Assembly (NCBI GenBank): GCA_032718475.1
Contig: JAUCBJ010008896.1
Location: forward strand, 62,001 to 126,000
Length of the DNA stretch: 64,000 nucleotides
Direction of reading: 5' to 3'
Source of the DNA: Nemertoderma westbladi
Lineage: Eukaryota; Animalia; Xenacoelomorpha
This document shows, piece after piece, positions 25,195 through 37,092 of this stretch. Numbering within the stretch: the stretch's first letter is position 1; every line of letters starts with the position of its first letter. Under the pieces are notes generated by a model. It did no database searches and was not told the DNA's origin. It saw nothing but the letters and a program-made list of their open reading frames with translations. The position numbers and the translations under genes are program-made.

Positions 25195-26175
25195 TTTGAA
25201 CTGGGTGTAAGCAATATTGGAATATACCGTAATAATGTGTTTTGGTTTAGAATCTATTGTTATTTTCGGAACGTTATTTTCAGAACGGTGTATAAACAAT
25301 ATCGTACATACAGTACAGTGCATACGGGAATTCATATTTACTGAACTGAGTTACATACGGGTATTCATATTTTACTGAACTGGGTGTAAGCAATATTGGA
25401 ATATACCGTAATAATGTGTTTTGGTTTAGAATCTATTGTTATTTTCGGAACGTTATTTTCAGAACGGTGTATAAACAATATCGTACATATACAGTGCATA
25501 CGGGAATTCATATTTACTGAACTGAGTTACATACGGGTATTCATATTTTACTGAACTGGGTGTAAGCAATATTAGAATATACCGTAATAATGTGTTTTGG
25601 TTTAGAATCTATTGTTATTTTCGGAACGTTATTTTCAGAACGGTGTATAAACAATATCGTACATACAGTGCATACGGGAATTCATATTTACTGAACTGAG
25701 TTACATACGGGTATTCATATTTTACTGAACTGGGTGTAAGCAATATTGGAATATACCGTAATAATGTGTTTTGGTTTAGAATCTATTGTTATTTTCGGAA
25801 CGTTATTTTCAGAACGGTGTATAAACAATATCGTACATACAGTGCATACGGGAATTCATATTTACTGAACTGAGTTACATACGGGTATTCATATTTTACT
25901 GAACTGGGTGTAAGCAATATTAGAATATACCGTAATAATGTGTTTTGGTTTAGAATCTATTGTTATTTTCAGAACGGTGTATAAACAATATCGTACATAC
26001 AGTACATAAGGAAAGTCATTGTTTACTGAACTGGGTGCAATCTATATTGGAACATACCGTAATTTGTAATTTATATAATTAGGTTTAATTTTATTGTTAT
26101 TTTCAGAACGTACGGTGTGTATTCAATATCGTAACATACAGTACATACAAGGGAATTCATATTTACGGAACTGGG
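25195..26175. repeat. ~175-bp tandem repeat, ~5.5 copies, degenerating to the right
   Basis: GAACTGGGTG recurs at ~25198, 25377, 25553, 25727, 25901, 26028 and 26168. Confidence 0.95.
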
Positions 26176-26673
26176 TGCTTCACACGTACTTTGTGGCCTG
26201 CCCCCACGCCCACATCTACTTTTTGAAGTTGGTACATATGTACAGCACTACGGTAGCTGGTCTAGGTACCGGTACATCGTGCAGCAGTCAAACAGCTGTA
26301 GATTAGGCGTTAGGCCGTGTAGACTTCTGGAGAGGGTCTGGTAGTCTAGGTATGGCAGTACAGTAGGGTGCATGTCAGTCAGTCACGGAACAAGTGGATT
26401 ATATACTATATAGGGTATATGCCCATCAAATTCGACATTTTTGATTATTATTGTTAATTGGCTTTGGTGCTAAACTATTATATAATACAGGGAAAATTGT
26501 TTGACAGAGTAGTAATTTATGTAATTTTAGCCTGATAGGCCCAACACATTTCTGCATTTTTTGTTGTTTTTTTTGGTATTTCTGTCTTTTCACTGGAGAA
26601 TTTATATTTGGGTTGAGTGAGTAGGTGTAGGCTGTTTTTAGTTATCTGTTTTTAGTTATTTGTTTATTATTAA

Positions 26674-26711
26674 CCCTGATGAAGGATATGAAATATATTC
26701 GAAAATTTGGG
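26674..26711 (+). ncRNA. Minimal type I hammerhead ribozyme motif (Penelope-associated)
   Basis: CC-CTGATGA-A-GGATATG-AAA-TATATTC-GAAA-ATTT-GGG: CUGANGA and GAAA cores, stem II with GU pairs, CCC/GGG stem I. Confidence 0.6.
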
Positions 26712-28159
26712 AAATTAACATCATTTTTTATCGAGAAGTTTATCCTCAGTGGCGAACTCATTTCAATTATATATTATCTAATATATATATCTGCTCTGAA
26801 GGTACAATCAATTAATGTAAGTGTATAGCCTCGGCACTATAAACTGCTTCAAGGGAATAAGGTAATATTTACGTGTAAACTGTTCCGTTATGTTGTGTTG
26901 TCGGTGGGTGAATGTACGTGTGACTTATTTATATTACAGGTAGGACACTATGTTGGACCTAGTGCGTGGTAAGCGCACAGTTCACTCGTACTGCACACAT
27001 CATAGTATCGATAGAGTTAAATGAACCGAATCTATTACAGACAGGGCACAGTCAGCACTAACCGTATGGGAAGCAATTTGGTGTGATCTCTGGTCTTGTA
27101 TATTCATCAACAAAGTAAAGCAATAATAACTATAATACGAATGGGTATGATAAGAATTAATGCGCACATCAAGTTAGTTGTGATATGTACAGCAAAAGAC
27201 GAAATATTATGCACTCAGAAGTGGAATAGTTCTCTGATAAAAATATAAGTTTTCGACATGCAGTTAGCGTGTGCAGCAAAACAACCTACCATTTACCAGT
27301 AAGGAATCACAGACTGTCCTGTAGTAGTTTAGTCCTGTATGTACTTCTGTACTTTACACCTGCATGCAGTTTAACTGAATTGAGTTGATTAAGGGCTGTT
27401 GCACGAAATATACTCGGTTATTTCATTTTAAATTATATTTTTGGTCACTTAGAAAAAGGTCCTTCTAAACGCACTAACTCATTGTCCATCGCCACTACAT
27501 CGCCCCTCCCAGGTTGTCTCCTGAATCCCAACATCTGCTCGGGTCTTCACTGTCCTAGAATTCCTGAGGTGATTCCATCAAGTTGGGTTGGAACTTACAA
27601 GCCACTGACTCACAACCTCATGATCAAAGGTTGTGTGTGCACTCTAATGTTAGAGAGACAATATTCACGGATTACACAATAATTGTATGGCCAGTAAGTC
27701 AGGTTGTTGTCATCAAAATTCATTCGTATAAAATTTATCGAATTATTATCAAATTCACAGGCTTCATTTTGAAAAGAAATTGGTAATATTTTTCATAAAA
27801 TTCAATATAAATTAAATTAAACCATGTTAGCGATGTAGTAGTCCATCATATCATAGTTTGAAATATAATAATTTGTATGGGAGTGCAGCATAACTTGACA
27901 ATCATCATTGAAGAAGTGGTACCCACCCATATGCTAATCAGACGTGAAGATTCTGTTATATTTAGTACTTACTTATTAGGATAGAGTGCCAGCTGACCTC
28001 CTTAAGAGGTCAGTTATTATCAGTTAAAGAGGCTTGCCTCTAAACTGCCTAATATACAGTATTGTATTTAAGTATGGCAATAAATAATAAAAAAAATCAT
28101 GTTTACTTTGAAATACGCAAGGGCTCACGATAGTGATACTTATCAATATTATTTTGTAG

Positions 28160-29092
28160 AACAATGACAAGGCGGAAAAAGCAGCTAAAGAATCGACAAT
28201 ACTCATGGATGGGGAGAACATAGTAGATTATCTGCAAGAAAATAAGTTTATAGAAAAAGTAGTGGATCGGGATGCTCCGATGCGAGGTGAAATTCCCTGC
28301 AACCAATTTAATGACAATGATAAATCCGGTCTTTATAAAAATGAATTGTATTCGCTAGGTGGGTATGTTTATTGCGATCTGGATTTGGATGGAGGACCTT
28401 GGTTGGTAATCCAACGACGCGTCGACGAATCTGTCGATTTCTTTCGCAACTGGGCAAACTACACCACAGGATTTGGAAATGTGAGTAATAACTTCTTCCT
28501 TGGATTGGACGCCATTCATGAACTTTCTAAAGGCGGTGTTCCAATGCGAATTGATTTGTGGTCATATACAAGCTCTGCTCCTGCTGATGAAATGAAAAGT
28601 CAAGTTTTGAAATACTATTGTGGTGGAGCATATAAAAATATACATGACTTTGAATTACCATTTTGCTCCAAGGAACACAAACACGTGTATGCTTACTATA
28701 ACAATTTCAGTGTAGGTTCAGCAGCTACTAATTACACATTAAATGCTTCGGGGTATTCTGGCAATGCAGGGGATATGATTGCAGGTGAGACGGATCTCAA
28801 TCCTGATCACAAACCCTTGAAGGATTCCGATAGGAGATTTTATCCCAACAGTCAACCGTTCAGTTCATTTGATCACAACAGTGGCGTCATTAGAAAACTA
28901 CCTCAACCCATTTTTTTTGATGACAAAGAGACTAACTGTGGCCGCCAATACCAATCGGGTTGGTGGTTTGCTCCTGAAAAATGTGTCTGGGGTTCGGACT
29001 TAAATGAAATAATGATAAGAGTATATTGGAAATCATATGCAGGATTTTATCCACTGGACAAGGTAGAAATCAAGATCAAAGTAGGAAATTAT
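28160..29092 (+). CDS. Fibrinogen-related domain (FReD; ficolin/tachylectin-like) exon 1
   Basis: VYCDL..GGPWLVIQRRVDESVDFFRNWANYTTGFG..FFLGLDAIHEL..YSGNAGD..GWWF. Phase-0 acceptor TTTTGTAG ends at 28159; donor GTAAGT at 29093. Confidence 0.9.
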
Positions 29093-29749
29093 GTAAGTTG
29101 GTATTTTATATACAATAATTAATTTTCTAATTATTATTAAAATTTGCTTATAATTTCCCATGCTGAGGTTGAGCTCTACCGCTTCTACCTTAGTCTATAT
29201 GCTCCTCTCTTGCTTCATATGAACTGCTCCCTGGGATTGAGAGAACTGCTTAAATATCTTGACACAAAAGGGAAAAGATTGTCTACATTAATTTAACTAT
29301 TAAGGTTAGAAAAATTGATTCTAAGAGCAAAATTTGTTCGAGAATACAAAACTTTAAATGGTTTCTCAATATCTTTGTTAGGTATTGAGTCTTTATGCTA
29401 TTGCGGTTTAATTTACATGTTTTTTTTTAACTAAAAATGAAGTTTTTGCACTAAAAATCTATATCCTCCTATATTGTCTTTATCTATGCTTCGCAATTTT
29501 ATTTCTTTAACGGATTTACGTTTGTGTCTACAGAATATTTTCAAAGCGGATTTTCAAAATATTTATCTTCTTATTCTCTCAAACCTGTGCAATCTCAGGC
29601 CAGTAACTCCCTAGTGCTAAACAAAACCAACAACAACAGTACAAGGCAGAGTCATAAATCGCCGCCACAACAATAATAACCTACCTAACAAATTACGTGG
29701 AAATCAGTAAAACTTACATTTACATACATTAAGTCACAAAACCATAGCC

Positions 29750-29860
29750 CATCGAGATGAGTGAGTGAACATTAACAGTGAATGGTCTGGAAACGTCGGG
29801 TAATCTACAGCGACAATAAGTTTTTGACAGTACACCCTGACGAGACACGACCTGGATGAA
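29750..29860 (+). mobile_element. Degenerate Penelope-like pLTR remnant in the FReD intron
   Basis: GAGATGAG...GAAACGTCGGG...CCCTGACGAG resembles hammerhead-bearing Penelope terminal repeats, but the pairing is imperfect. Confidence 0.3.
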
Positions 29861-30144
29861 ATATTAGTGGAGCTATGCACGACCAACACACTTGATAATC
29901 AACACCATCATCTTGGAAGGAAGAAAATAGTTGGGTCACAGCTGATAACAACGACGCTATGAGCATAACAATACTCACATGCACGAACCACATCCCATAT
30001 AAGTCCAACACCCAACCACATCAGTCATTTGTGATATTATACCTGATATTTAAAAAATAAGTTTTTTAATTTTGAGACTTTTTATTAGAAATAATAATTA
30101 CACAATTCTGTGTTGTTGCGCTGATAAAAGCTGTTCTATTGCAG

Positions 30145-30879
30145 GAAGTGCAACCTCAACCAGCTCCAACCACAACTTATCCAGAATACTTACGCGTTTG
30201 TTATGACCATACTCGTAGAAATTGCCCTGAACTGTCGGGAATTTGCTTAATTCTTAACTATAACGGACTATATATGGTTAGATGCAAAGGTTGGCGGGTT
30301 GATATACAGAGGCAAACGAGAAACGACAATATTAATTTTAACCGGGATTGGTCTGAATATCGAAATGGATTCGGTAGCATTATAGGTGGAAGTTACTGGC
30401 TGGGATTAGAAAACATAAGAAAACTCGTAAATTTTCCTGGAGCCGGAAGAGTTGGCTTAGGTATTAGAATTGATCATAATGGATATTACTACTGCAGCTC
30501 ATATACTGGTTTCAGTCTTACTGGACCCGAATACAAACTTTCTGTATCTGGCTACTATGAACCCAGTTCCTACAATGGTATAGATAATGCAGACAATCCC
30601 CCAGTATACCCAGCTTACGATGGTTTAACACCTTTGAATGGAGTTGGTTTCAGCACAAAAGATCGTGACCATGATGAATGGCCATCTGGAAGTATGGTGG
30701 GGTACTGGACTAGTGGAGGTTGGTGGTATAAGTATAATATGGCTAGTAATCTTAACGGCCTGAAATACAGTTACAAATACAAGAAATACCCATCATACGG
30801 AATCCATTGGTACGATATTGTTGTCTGGTATAAGGCACAAGGATCGGAAATGTGGATTGATTTCGATCCAGGTTCCTAA
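30145..30879 (+). CDS. Fibrinogen-related domain (FReD) terminal exon 2
   Basis: IQRQ..NFNRDWSEYRNGFG..YWLGLENIRKL..FSTKDRDHD..GGWWY..SNLNG..GIHW. Phase-0 acceptor TTCTATTGCAG ends at 30144; stop at 30877-79. Confidence 0.9.
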   Translation, partial: EVQPQPAPTTTYPEYLRVCYDHTRRNCPELSGICLILNYNGLYMVRCKGWRVDIQRQTRNDNINFNRDWSEYRNGFGSIIGGSYWLGLENIRKLVNFPGAGRVGLGIRIDHNGYYYCSSYTGFSLTGPEYKLSVSGYYEPSSYNGIDNADNPPVYPAYDGLTPLNGVGFSTKDRDHDEWPSGSMVGYWTSGGWWYKYNMASNLNGLKYSYKYKKYPSYGIHWYDIVVWYKAQGSEMWIDFDPGS

Positions 30880-31565
30880 TTAGACAATGATTGTTGATTA
30901 CACAGGTCGCACAATCAGGCTATAATGTTGATTTTTTTTTCTTAGGCCTACTTTCTTGGTGATTGTTTTTAAATTATGGTTAAAATACTATTGTACAACA
31001 TCTTATGTTAGATATTCTAGTTTGTACAGATATACTATGGTTAGGTGATGAGTAAAACGTGACCATAGAGCCAGAACAAAACAAACCACAATTCTTTCAA
31101 AATATTTCACCAAAATTAAGCAATATGGCATTATATGCATCTTCGATGTAAAACCGTTATGTATTGGACACTTTATATGTATTTGTCATAATAGGAGAAC
31201 CGGAACAACTTGTATGTGTTGTGTTGTAAAATAACAAAGGTAAAACAACCCGCATCTTACAAAAGATATGTTATTACCCAAATTGATGTGCGTTGTTTTC
31301 TCTCTGATAAAATCCCAGGGGAAAAACAACCCAAACAGCTTTATAGTAGTTTCTATCATTGCAAATTAAAATGATATTCTGATACCCAGTGTCCATTTTT
31401 TAATTACATATTGTATCTTCCAAACTTCTGTGAATAAAATTTAATTATGAGACGGGATCCACATTGAGAAAAATGAGATGGCTTATTTATTGGAGATTGT
31501 CTGGGAAATGATACATTTGGCCAGAATTGTTTTGGATCTATGGTCATCATAATGTGGCCTTTTTG

Positions 31566-32234
31566 GTGACAACAGTCAGCCACAGTCAAAAAAATTGTTG
31601 ACCAATATCAAAAATGGCCATAAACAATGTGAATAATACTGTAGTAGATCACAGTGCTAAAAGTAATTCTGCCAAGTTTCTGCTCTGCATATCACTGGCA
31701 AGTCATAGGAAAACAGTCAAACGTCTGGTGACAACACACAAAATGTCCGGACAACACTCTAAATCATGAATTCAGTATTCGGCAATACAGGTAGAGGTAG
31801 ATTAATACTTTAATATGCCAGGCAAGACACCAGTCTGCCTGTCATTTACTTTTATACTGAATGTAACTCGCTGGTTTGCAACCTTAGCGTACCGCTGTTG
31901 CTGGTACGGGTAGCCTATCACTATTTCAACCTTGGCTTATAAATTAATACATATAGATAATGTTTTAATATGTAATATTTTTGTTTGCTATAATGCTATT
32001 TGTTATTTATCCGTTGTTAGATTACCCATTAGGTGATTCCCGAGAGGGGCCCTGGGTAATTTTCTCCATTTTTAATTCATAATTTTAAATTAAATTGTGT
32101 TAATAATAATAATAAATATGCGGAGCTGAAACTTGGCAGAATTAATTTTAGGACTGCGATCTACTGTTATTCACATTGTTTATGGCCATTTTTGATAATG
32201 GTCAACAATTTTTTGACTGTGGCTGACTTGTCAC
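31566..32234. mobile_element. MITE with ~110-bp imperfect TIRs
   Basis: GTGACAACAGTCAGCCACAGTCAAAAA...TGCCAAGTTTC (31566-31680) is the reverse complement of GAAACTTGGCAG...GACTGTGGCTGACTTGTCAC (32128-32234). Confidence 0.8.
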
Positions 32235-32252
32235 AAATTCCACCTATCCTCT

Positions 32253-34603
32253 AAAAAAGCAAACAAATTCGTAACAAACTAACTCTTTAGTTTATGGACA
32301 TCATAATGTGCCCTTTTATAAAAAGCAAACGAATTCGTAACGAACTAACTCTTTAGTTTATGGATATCATAATGTGCCCTTTTATAAAAAGCGAACGAAT
32401 TCATAACGAACTAACTCTTTAGTTTTTGGATATCATAATGTGCCCTTTTATAAAAAGCAAACGAATTCGTAACGAACTAACTCTTTAGTTTATGGACATC
32501 ATAATGTGCCCTTTTATAAAAAGCAAACGAATTCGTAACGAACTAACTCTTTAGTTTATGGATATCATAATGTGCCCTTTTATAAAAAGCAAACGAATTC
32601 GTAACGAACTAACTCTTTAGTTTATGGATATCATAATGTGCCCTTTTATAAAAAGCAAACGAATTCGTAACGAACTAACTCTTTAGTTTATGGATATCAT
32701 AATGTGCCCTTTTATAAAAAGCAAACGAATTCGTAACGAACTAACTCTTTAGTTTATGGATATCATAATGTGCCCTTTTATAAAAAGCAAACGAATTCGT
32801 AACGAACTAACTCTTTAGTTTATGGATATCATAATGTGCCCTTTTATAAAAAGCAAACGAATTCGTAACGAACTAACTCTTTAGTTTATGGATATCATAA
32901 TGTGCCCTTTTATAAAAAGCAAACGAATTCGTAACGAACTAACTCTTTAGTTTATGGATATCATAATGTGCCCTTTTATAAAAAGCAAACGAATTCGTAA
33001 CGAACTAACTCTTTAGTTTATGGACATCATAATGTGCCCTTTTATAAAAAGCAAACGAATTCGTAACGAACTGACTCTTTAGTTTATGGATATCATAATG
33101 TGCCCTTTTATAAAAAGCGAACGAATTCATAACGAACTAACTCTTTAGTTTACGGACATCATAATGTGCTCTTTTATAAAAAGCAAACGAATTCGTAACG
33201 AACTAACTCTTTAGTTTATGGACATCATAATGTGCCCTTTTATAAAAAGCAAACGAATTCGTAACGAACTAACTCTTTAGTTTATGGATATCATAATGTG
33301 CCCTTTTATAAAAAGCAAACGAATTCGTAACGAACTAACTCTTTAGTTTATGGACATCATAATGTGCCCTTTTATAAAAAGCAAACGAATTCGTAACGAA
33401 CTAACTCTTTAGTTTATGGATATCATAATGTGCCCTTTTATAAAAAGCGAACGAATTCATAACGAACTAACTCTTTAGTTTTTGGATATCATAATGTGCC
33501 CTTTTATAAAAAGCAAACGAATTCGTAGCGAACTAACTCTTTAGTTTATGGACATCATAATGTGCCCTTTTATATAAAGCAAACGAATTCGTAACGAACT
33601 AACTCTTTAGTTTATGGATATCATAATGTGCCCTTTTATAAAAAGCGAACGAATTCATAACTAACTAACTCTTTAGTTTTTGGATATCATAATGTGCCCT
33701 TTTATAAAAAGCAAACGAATTCGTAACGAACTAACTCTATAGTTTATGGACATCATAATGTGCCCTTTTATAAAAAGCAAACGAATTCGTAACGAACTAA
33801 CTCTTTAGTTTATGGATATCATAATGTGCCCTTTTATAAAAAGCGAACGAATTCGTAACAAACTAACTCTTTAGTTTATGGATATCATAATGTGTCCTTT
33901 TATAAAAAGCGAACGAATTCATAACGAACTAACTCTTTAGTTTATGGATATCATAATGTGCCCTTTTATAAAAAGCGAACGAATTCATAACGAACTAACT
34001 CTTTAGTTTATGGATATCATAATGTGCCCTTTTTTAAAAAGCAAACGAATTCGTAACGAACTAACTCTTTAGTTTATGGATATCATAATGTGTCCTTTTA
34101 TAAAAAGCGAACGAATTCATAACGAACTAACTCTTTAGTTTATGGATATCATAATGTGCCCTTTTATAAAAAGCAAACGAATTCATAACGAACTAACTCT
34201 TTAGTTTATGGACATCATAATAATGTGCCCTTTTATAAAAAGCGAACGAATTCATAACGAACTAACTCTTTAGTTTATGGATATCATAATGTGCCCTTTT
34301 ATAAAAAGCGAACGAATTCATAACGAACTAACTCTTTAGTTTATGGATATCATAATGTGCCCTTTTATAAAAAGCGAACGAATTCGTAACGAACTAACTC
34401 TTTAGTTTATGGACATCATAATGTGCTCTTTTATAAAATCAAACGAATTCGTAACAAACGAACTCTTTAATTTATGGACATTATAATGTGCCCTTTTATA
34501 AGAAGTGAACGAATTCGTAACGAACTAACTCTTTAGTTTATGGACATCATAATGTGCCCTTTTATAAAATCAAACGAATTTGTAACGAATGAACTCTTTA
34601 GTT
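32253..34603. repeat. 66-bp satellite, ~35 copies
   Basis: Unit TTTTATAAAAAGCAAACGAATTCGTAACGAACTAACTCTTTAGTTTATGGATATCATAATGTGCCC; period confirmed 32581 to 32647. Confidence 0.99.
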
Positions 34604-35129
34604 TAGTAATTAGGCACTGTTGGTGGTGGTGTTTCACTCAGAAAATAAAACGCCAATTAAAAGCTAAATTTATCTCCCCACGACATTCAGCAGTTTCAGT
34701 ACTTCAATATATTTACTTATATAGTGTATATATATTTCGAAATATTTATTTATGTATTAAAATATTGCGATATTTCGACATTTATTTTATTTATTTATTC
34801 TTCCAAGCCACACTTTTATATAAACAAAAATTATTATTAACATACATTGCACTATAATATTATATTATACGTTGCATTACTCTATAATTAGATAGAAAGA
34901 AAGATCCAAAATAAAAGGTGTGTTTTATTTCATTTTAGAGATATTTGTTCGCGGTTTTAGAAGACTTCGATAATTTTCACCGTCAAATTTGTATTCTCAC
35001 AGAAATCTTGCTTAACTTGTTTGCCAGACGTTTTAACACCAGATATAAATCAGCTAGCCTGGCGTAAGACCCAGTGAGGGAGCCTGAAATATATCGGCTT
35101 TTATATTTTATATATATAATGTCGAATAT

Positions 35130-36179
35130 TGAATACATTTCTAATTTGCCAGATAATTTCTAATCGTATTTTTCGGTGTAATATGGCAAATTTTGGTGCT
35201 AGCACCAAATTTCGTACCCATCACCAAATAGTACAAGTTTGAGATGTCCAGTGCGGTTTTTATTGATTCCATCGGATTCAGGACCCTCATATTCCCGTAT
35301 AACGCAAGAAACAAGATGATAATATCTATTGATCAATTTGCTTATTTTCAAAAATTTGGTGCTGGCACAACAATTTTCACCCACCGGCGAAAAATACAAT
35401 TTTGAAAACTCCTAAGCAATTTTTTACTTATTCCATTGAATTTAGAACCCTCACAAACCCGTATAACGCAAGAAACAAGGTGACACAATCAATTGATATA
35501 TTTGATGGTTTTAAAAATTTGGTGCTAGCACCAGATTTTGAACCTACTTCCGAAAAATACAAGTTTGGCATGTCTAGTTAGATAATTATTTATTCCATTG
35601 AATTCAGAACCGCTATAAACCTCTAAAACGCGAGAAATAAGTTTTCACAAGCAATATAACTATTTAATGGATTTTCAAAATTTCGTGCTGGCACCAAAAT
35701 TTACACACAGTGCCGAAAAATACAAGTTTGATACACGTGGTGCAACTCGTATATATTCCATCGAAACCAGAAAACCCACAAAAACTGCTATTGCGCAAAT
35801 AACAGGTTCGCACAATCAATTGACAAAATTGACATATTTCAAAATTTGATGCTGGCACCGAAATTGGCACCCACCGAAAAAAACAAGTTTGAAATTTCTA
35901 AATTTATTTATATGAATTTCATCTAATTGTAAACACCAAAAAACCGTTGTAAATAAAAAATAGAGATGTTACAAATCATATTTCATGAAATGTAATTTAA
36001 TAAAACGCCTCAAAAAAAGTGCCAAAAGTAGGGTTAAAATATGGTGCTATAACTCGACAACTTCCCAATATTTTTGAAAACCGTTTTCACTATTAGGAAG
36101 ACAACAGATTTTAAGGAAAAACAAAAAAACAAGGGGGGGTGGACATATTGACCCCCCCCCCCCCCCGGGTTTAATAAGG
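35130..36179. mobile_element. piggyBac-like non-autonomous element, right end, with a 163-bp subterminal tandem repeat (5 copies)
   Basis: Ends ...CCCCGGGTTTAATAAGG|TTAA. Palindromic TGGTGCT(A/G)GCACCA recurs at 35194, 35357, 35520, 35683 and 35847. 35900-36179 is the reverse complement of 56394-56733. Confidence 0.65.
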
Positions 36180-37092
36180 TTAAAGGATAGTACCAACAGT
36201 TCCGTTTCAGGTGTTGTGCTCTAGACAACAAACAGGTCTATGACTTAAAAGTAATTACAACAGGTCGCTAATAAGAATTAGACCTATACTGTAGTGTTCA
36301 TGCCCTTTGGCATGGTATTATGGACCGGCTGAAATACATGCTGAACACTGATTTGAATTAATTTGTTTATGAATAGTTCAGATAGACTCGCACGTTGGGG
36401 CTATCCGATAACATATGTTCTCATACACCCCAATTGATTGTGAATCGAGACTGCTAACTTGCCGCCCAAAGCTTACCTTATTAATTAAATATGAATATAA
36501 ATAAAGTTCGAAGTTATGCGGTATTAATATTGCAGCATTTCCATATCATTAACAAATATACGATAAGTATCCATTAAATACAACAATTAAACAGTTACAG
36601 CAGTAAATCAGTGTAATTCAGATATTTCAGCACAGTTGCACCCTACCGGTACTACGTTTTGGAAATTTACTATAATTCTCCATATTCTAAGCCAGATATT
36701 AATAGGCATAAAGACGTCCTCTAGCTACTGTAGCTGCTAAATAAGAATACTGAACAAAGGAATGTCACACTGCAGCATAAAACACGCCCAGCAATCGAAT
36801 GTAAAGAATTCTTAGAACCGTGTGAAAATAAAATGTGAATTTTAGTCGCAAAAGTTTTAATTTAATTTAGTTTTATTTGCGATACAACTTTTCCCCATGA
36901 GTTCTACCGCTTGGGTTACTCATTGACTCAGAATGGAAATAGGCCTACTTATCTGAAGTTATATATGCACTTCACGCTTATATGCAGTGAAGTGAATTTC
37001 AACCAATCAGAACAATGTCCTCACCTGCTTAGCCGTGCATATATCAAGATTGGCAAGGCTTCTCTCTCTCTGTCATGCTGAGTGTTCTGATG

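Larger units (their letters stand above)
25183..26767 (+). mobile_element. Non-coding insertion ending in a Penelope-type pLTR/hammerhead motif, flanked by a 23-bp direct repeat
   Basis: TATATATTATCTAATATATATAT occurs at 25160-25182 and 26768-26790 but only once in repeat X copy 3. Hammerhead core near the 3' end. Confidence 0.6.
24770..27281. repeat. Dispersed repeat X, copy 2, split by a 1.6-kb insertion
   Basis: 24770-25150 is the reverse complement of 46460-46801; 26770-27281 matches copy 1. Confidence 0.85.

Noticed and set aside
15377-27281. Repeat X copies 1 and 2 as the LTR pair of the Pao element
   Set aside because: No TG...CA ends, PBS or shared TSD were found, copy 1 lacks the 250-bp end present in copy 2, and a better PPT/TGT junction exists at 22318. 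Not fully excluded.
27482-27786. Possible upstream exon of the FReD gene (GTAAGT at ~27694)
   Set aside because: No convincing open frame with an acceptor and signal peptide could be built; transcript data are needed.
29805-30011. Short - strand ORF with a signal-peptide-like hydrophobic stretch
   Set aside because: It has a TTG start, is antisense within the FReD intron, overlaps a Penelope-like remnant and has no recognisable domain.
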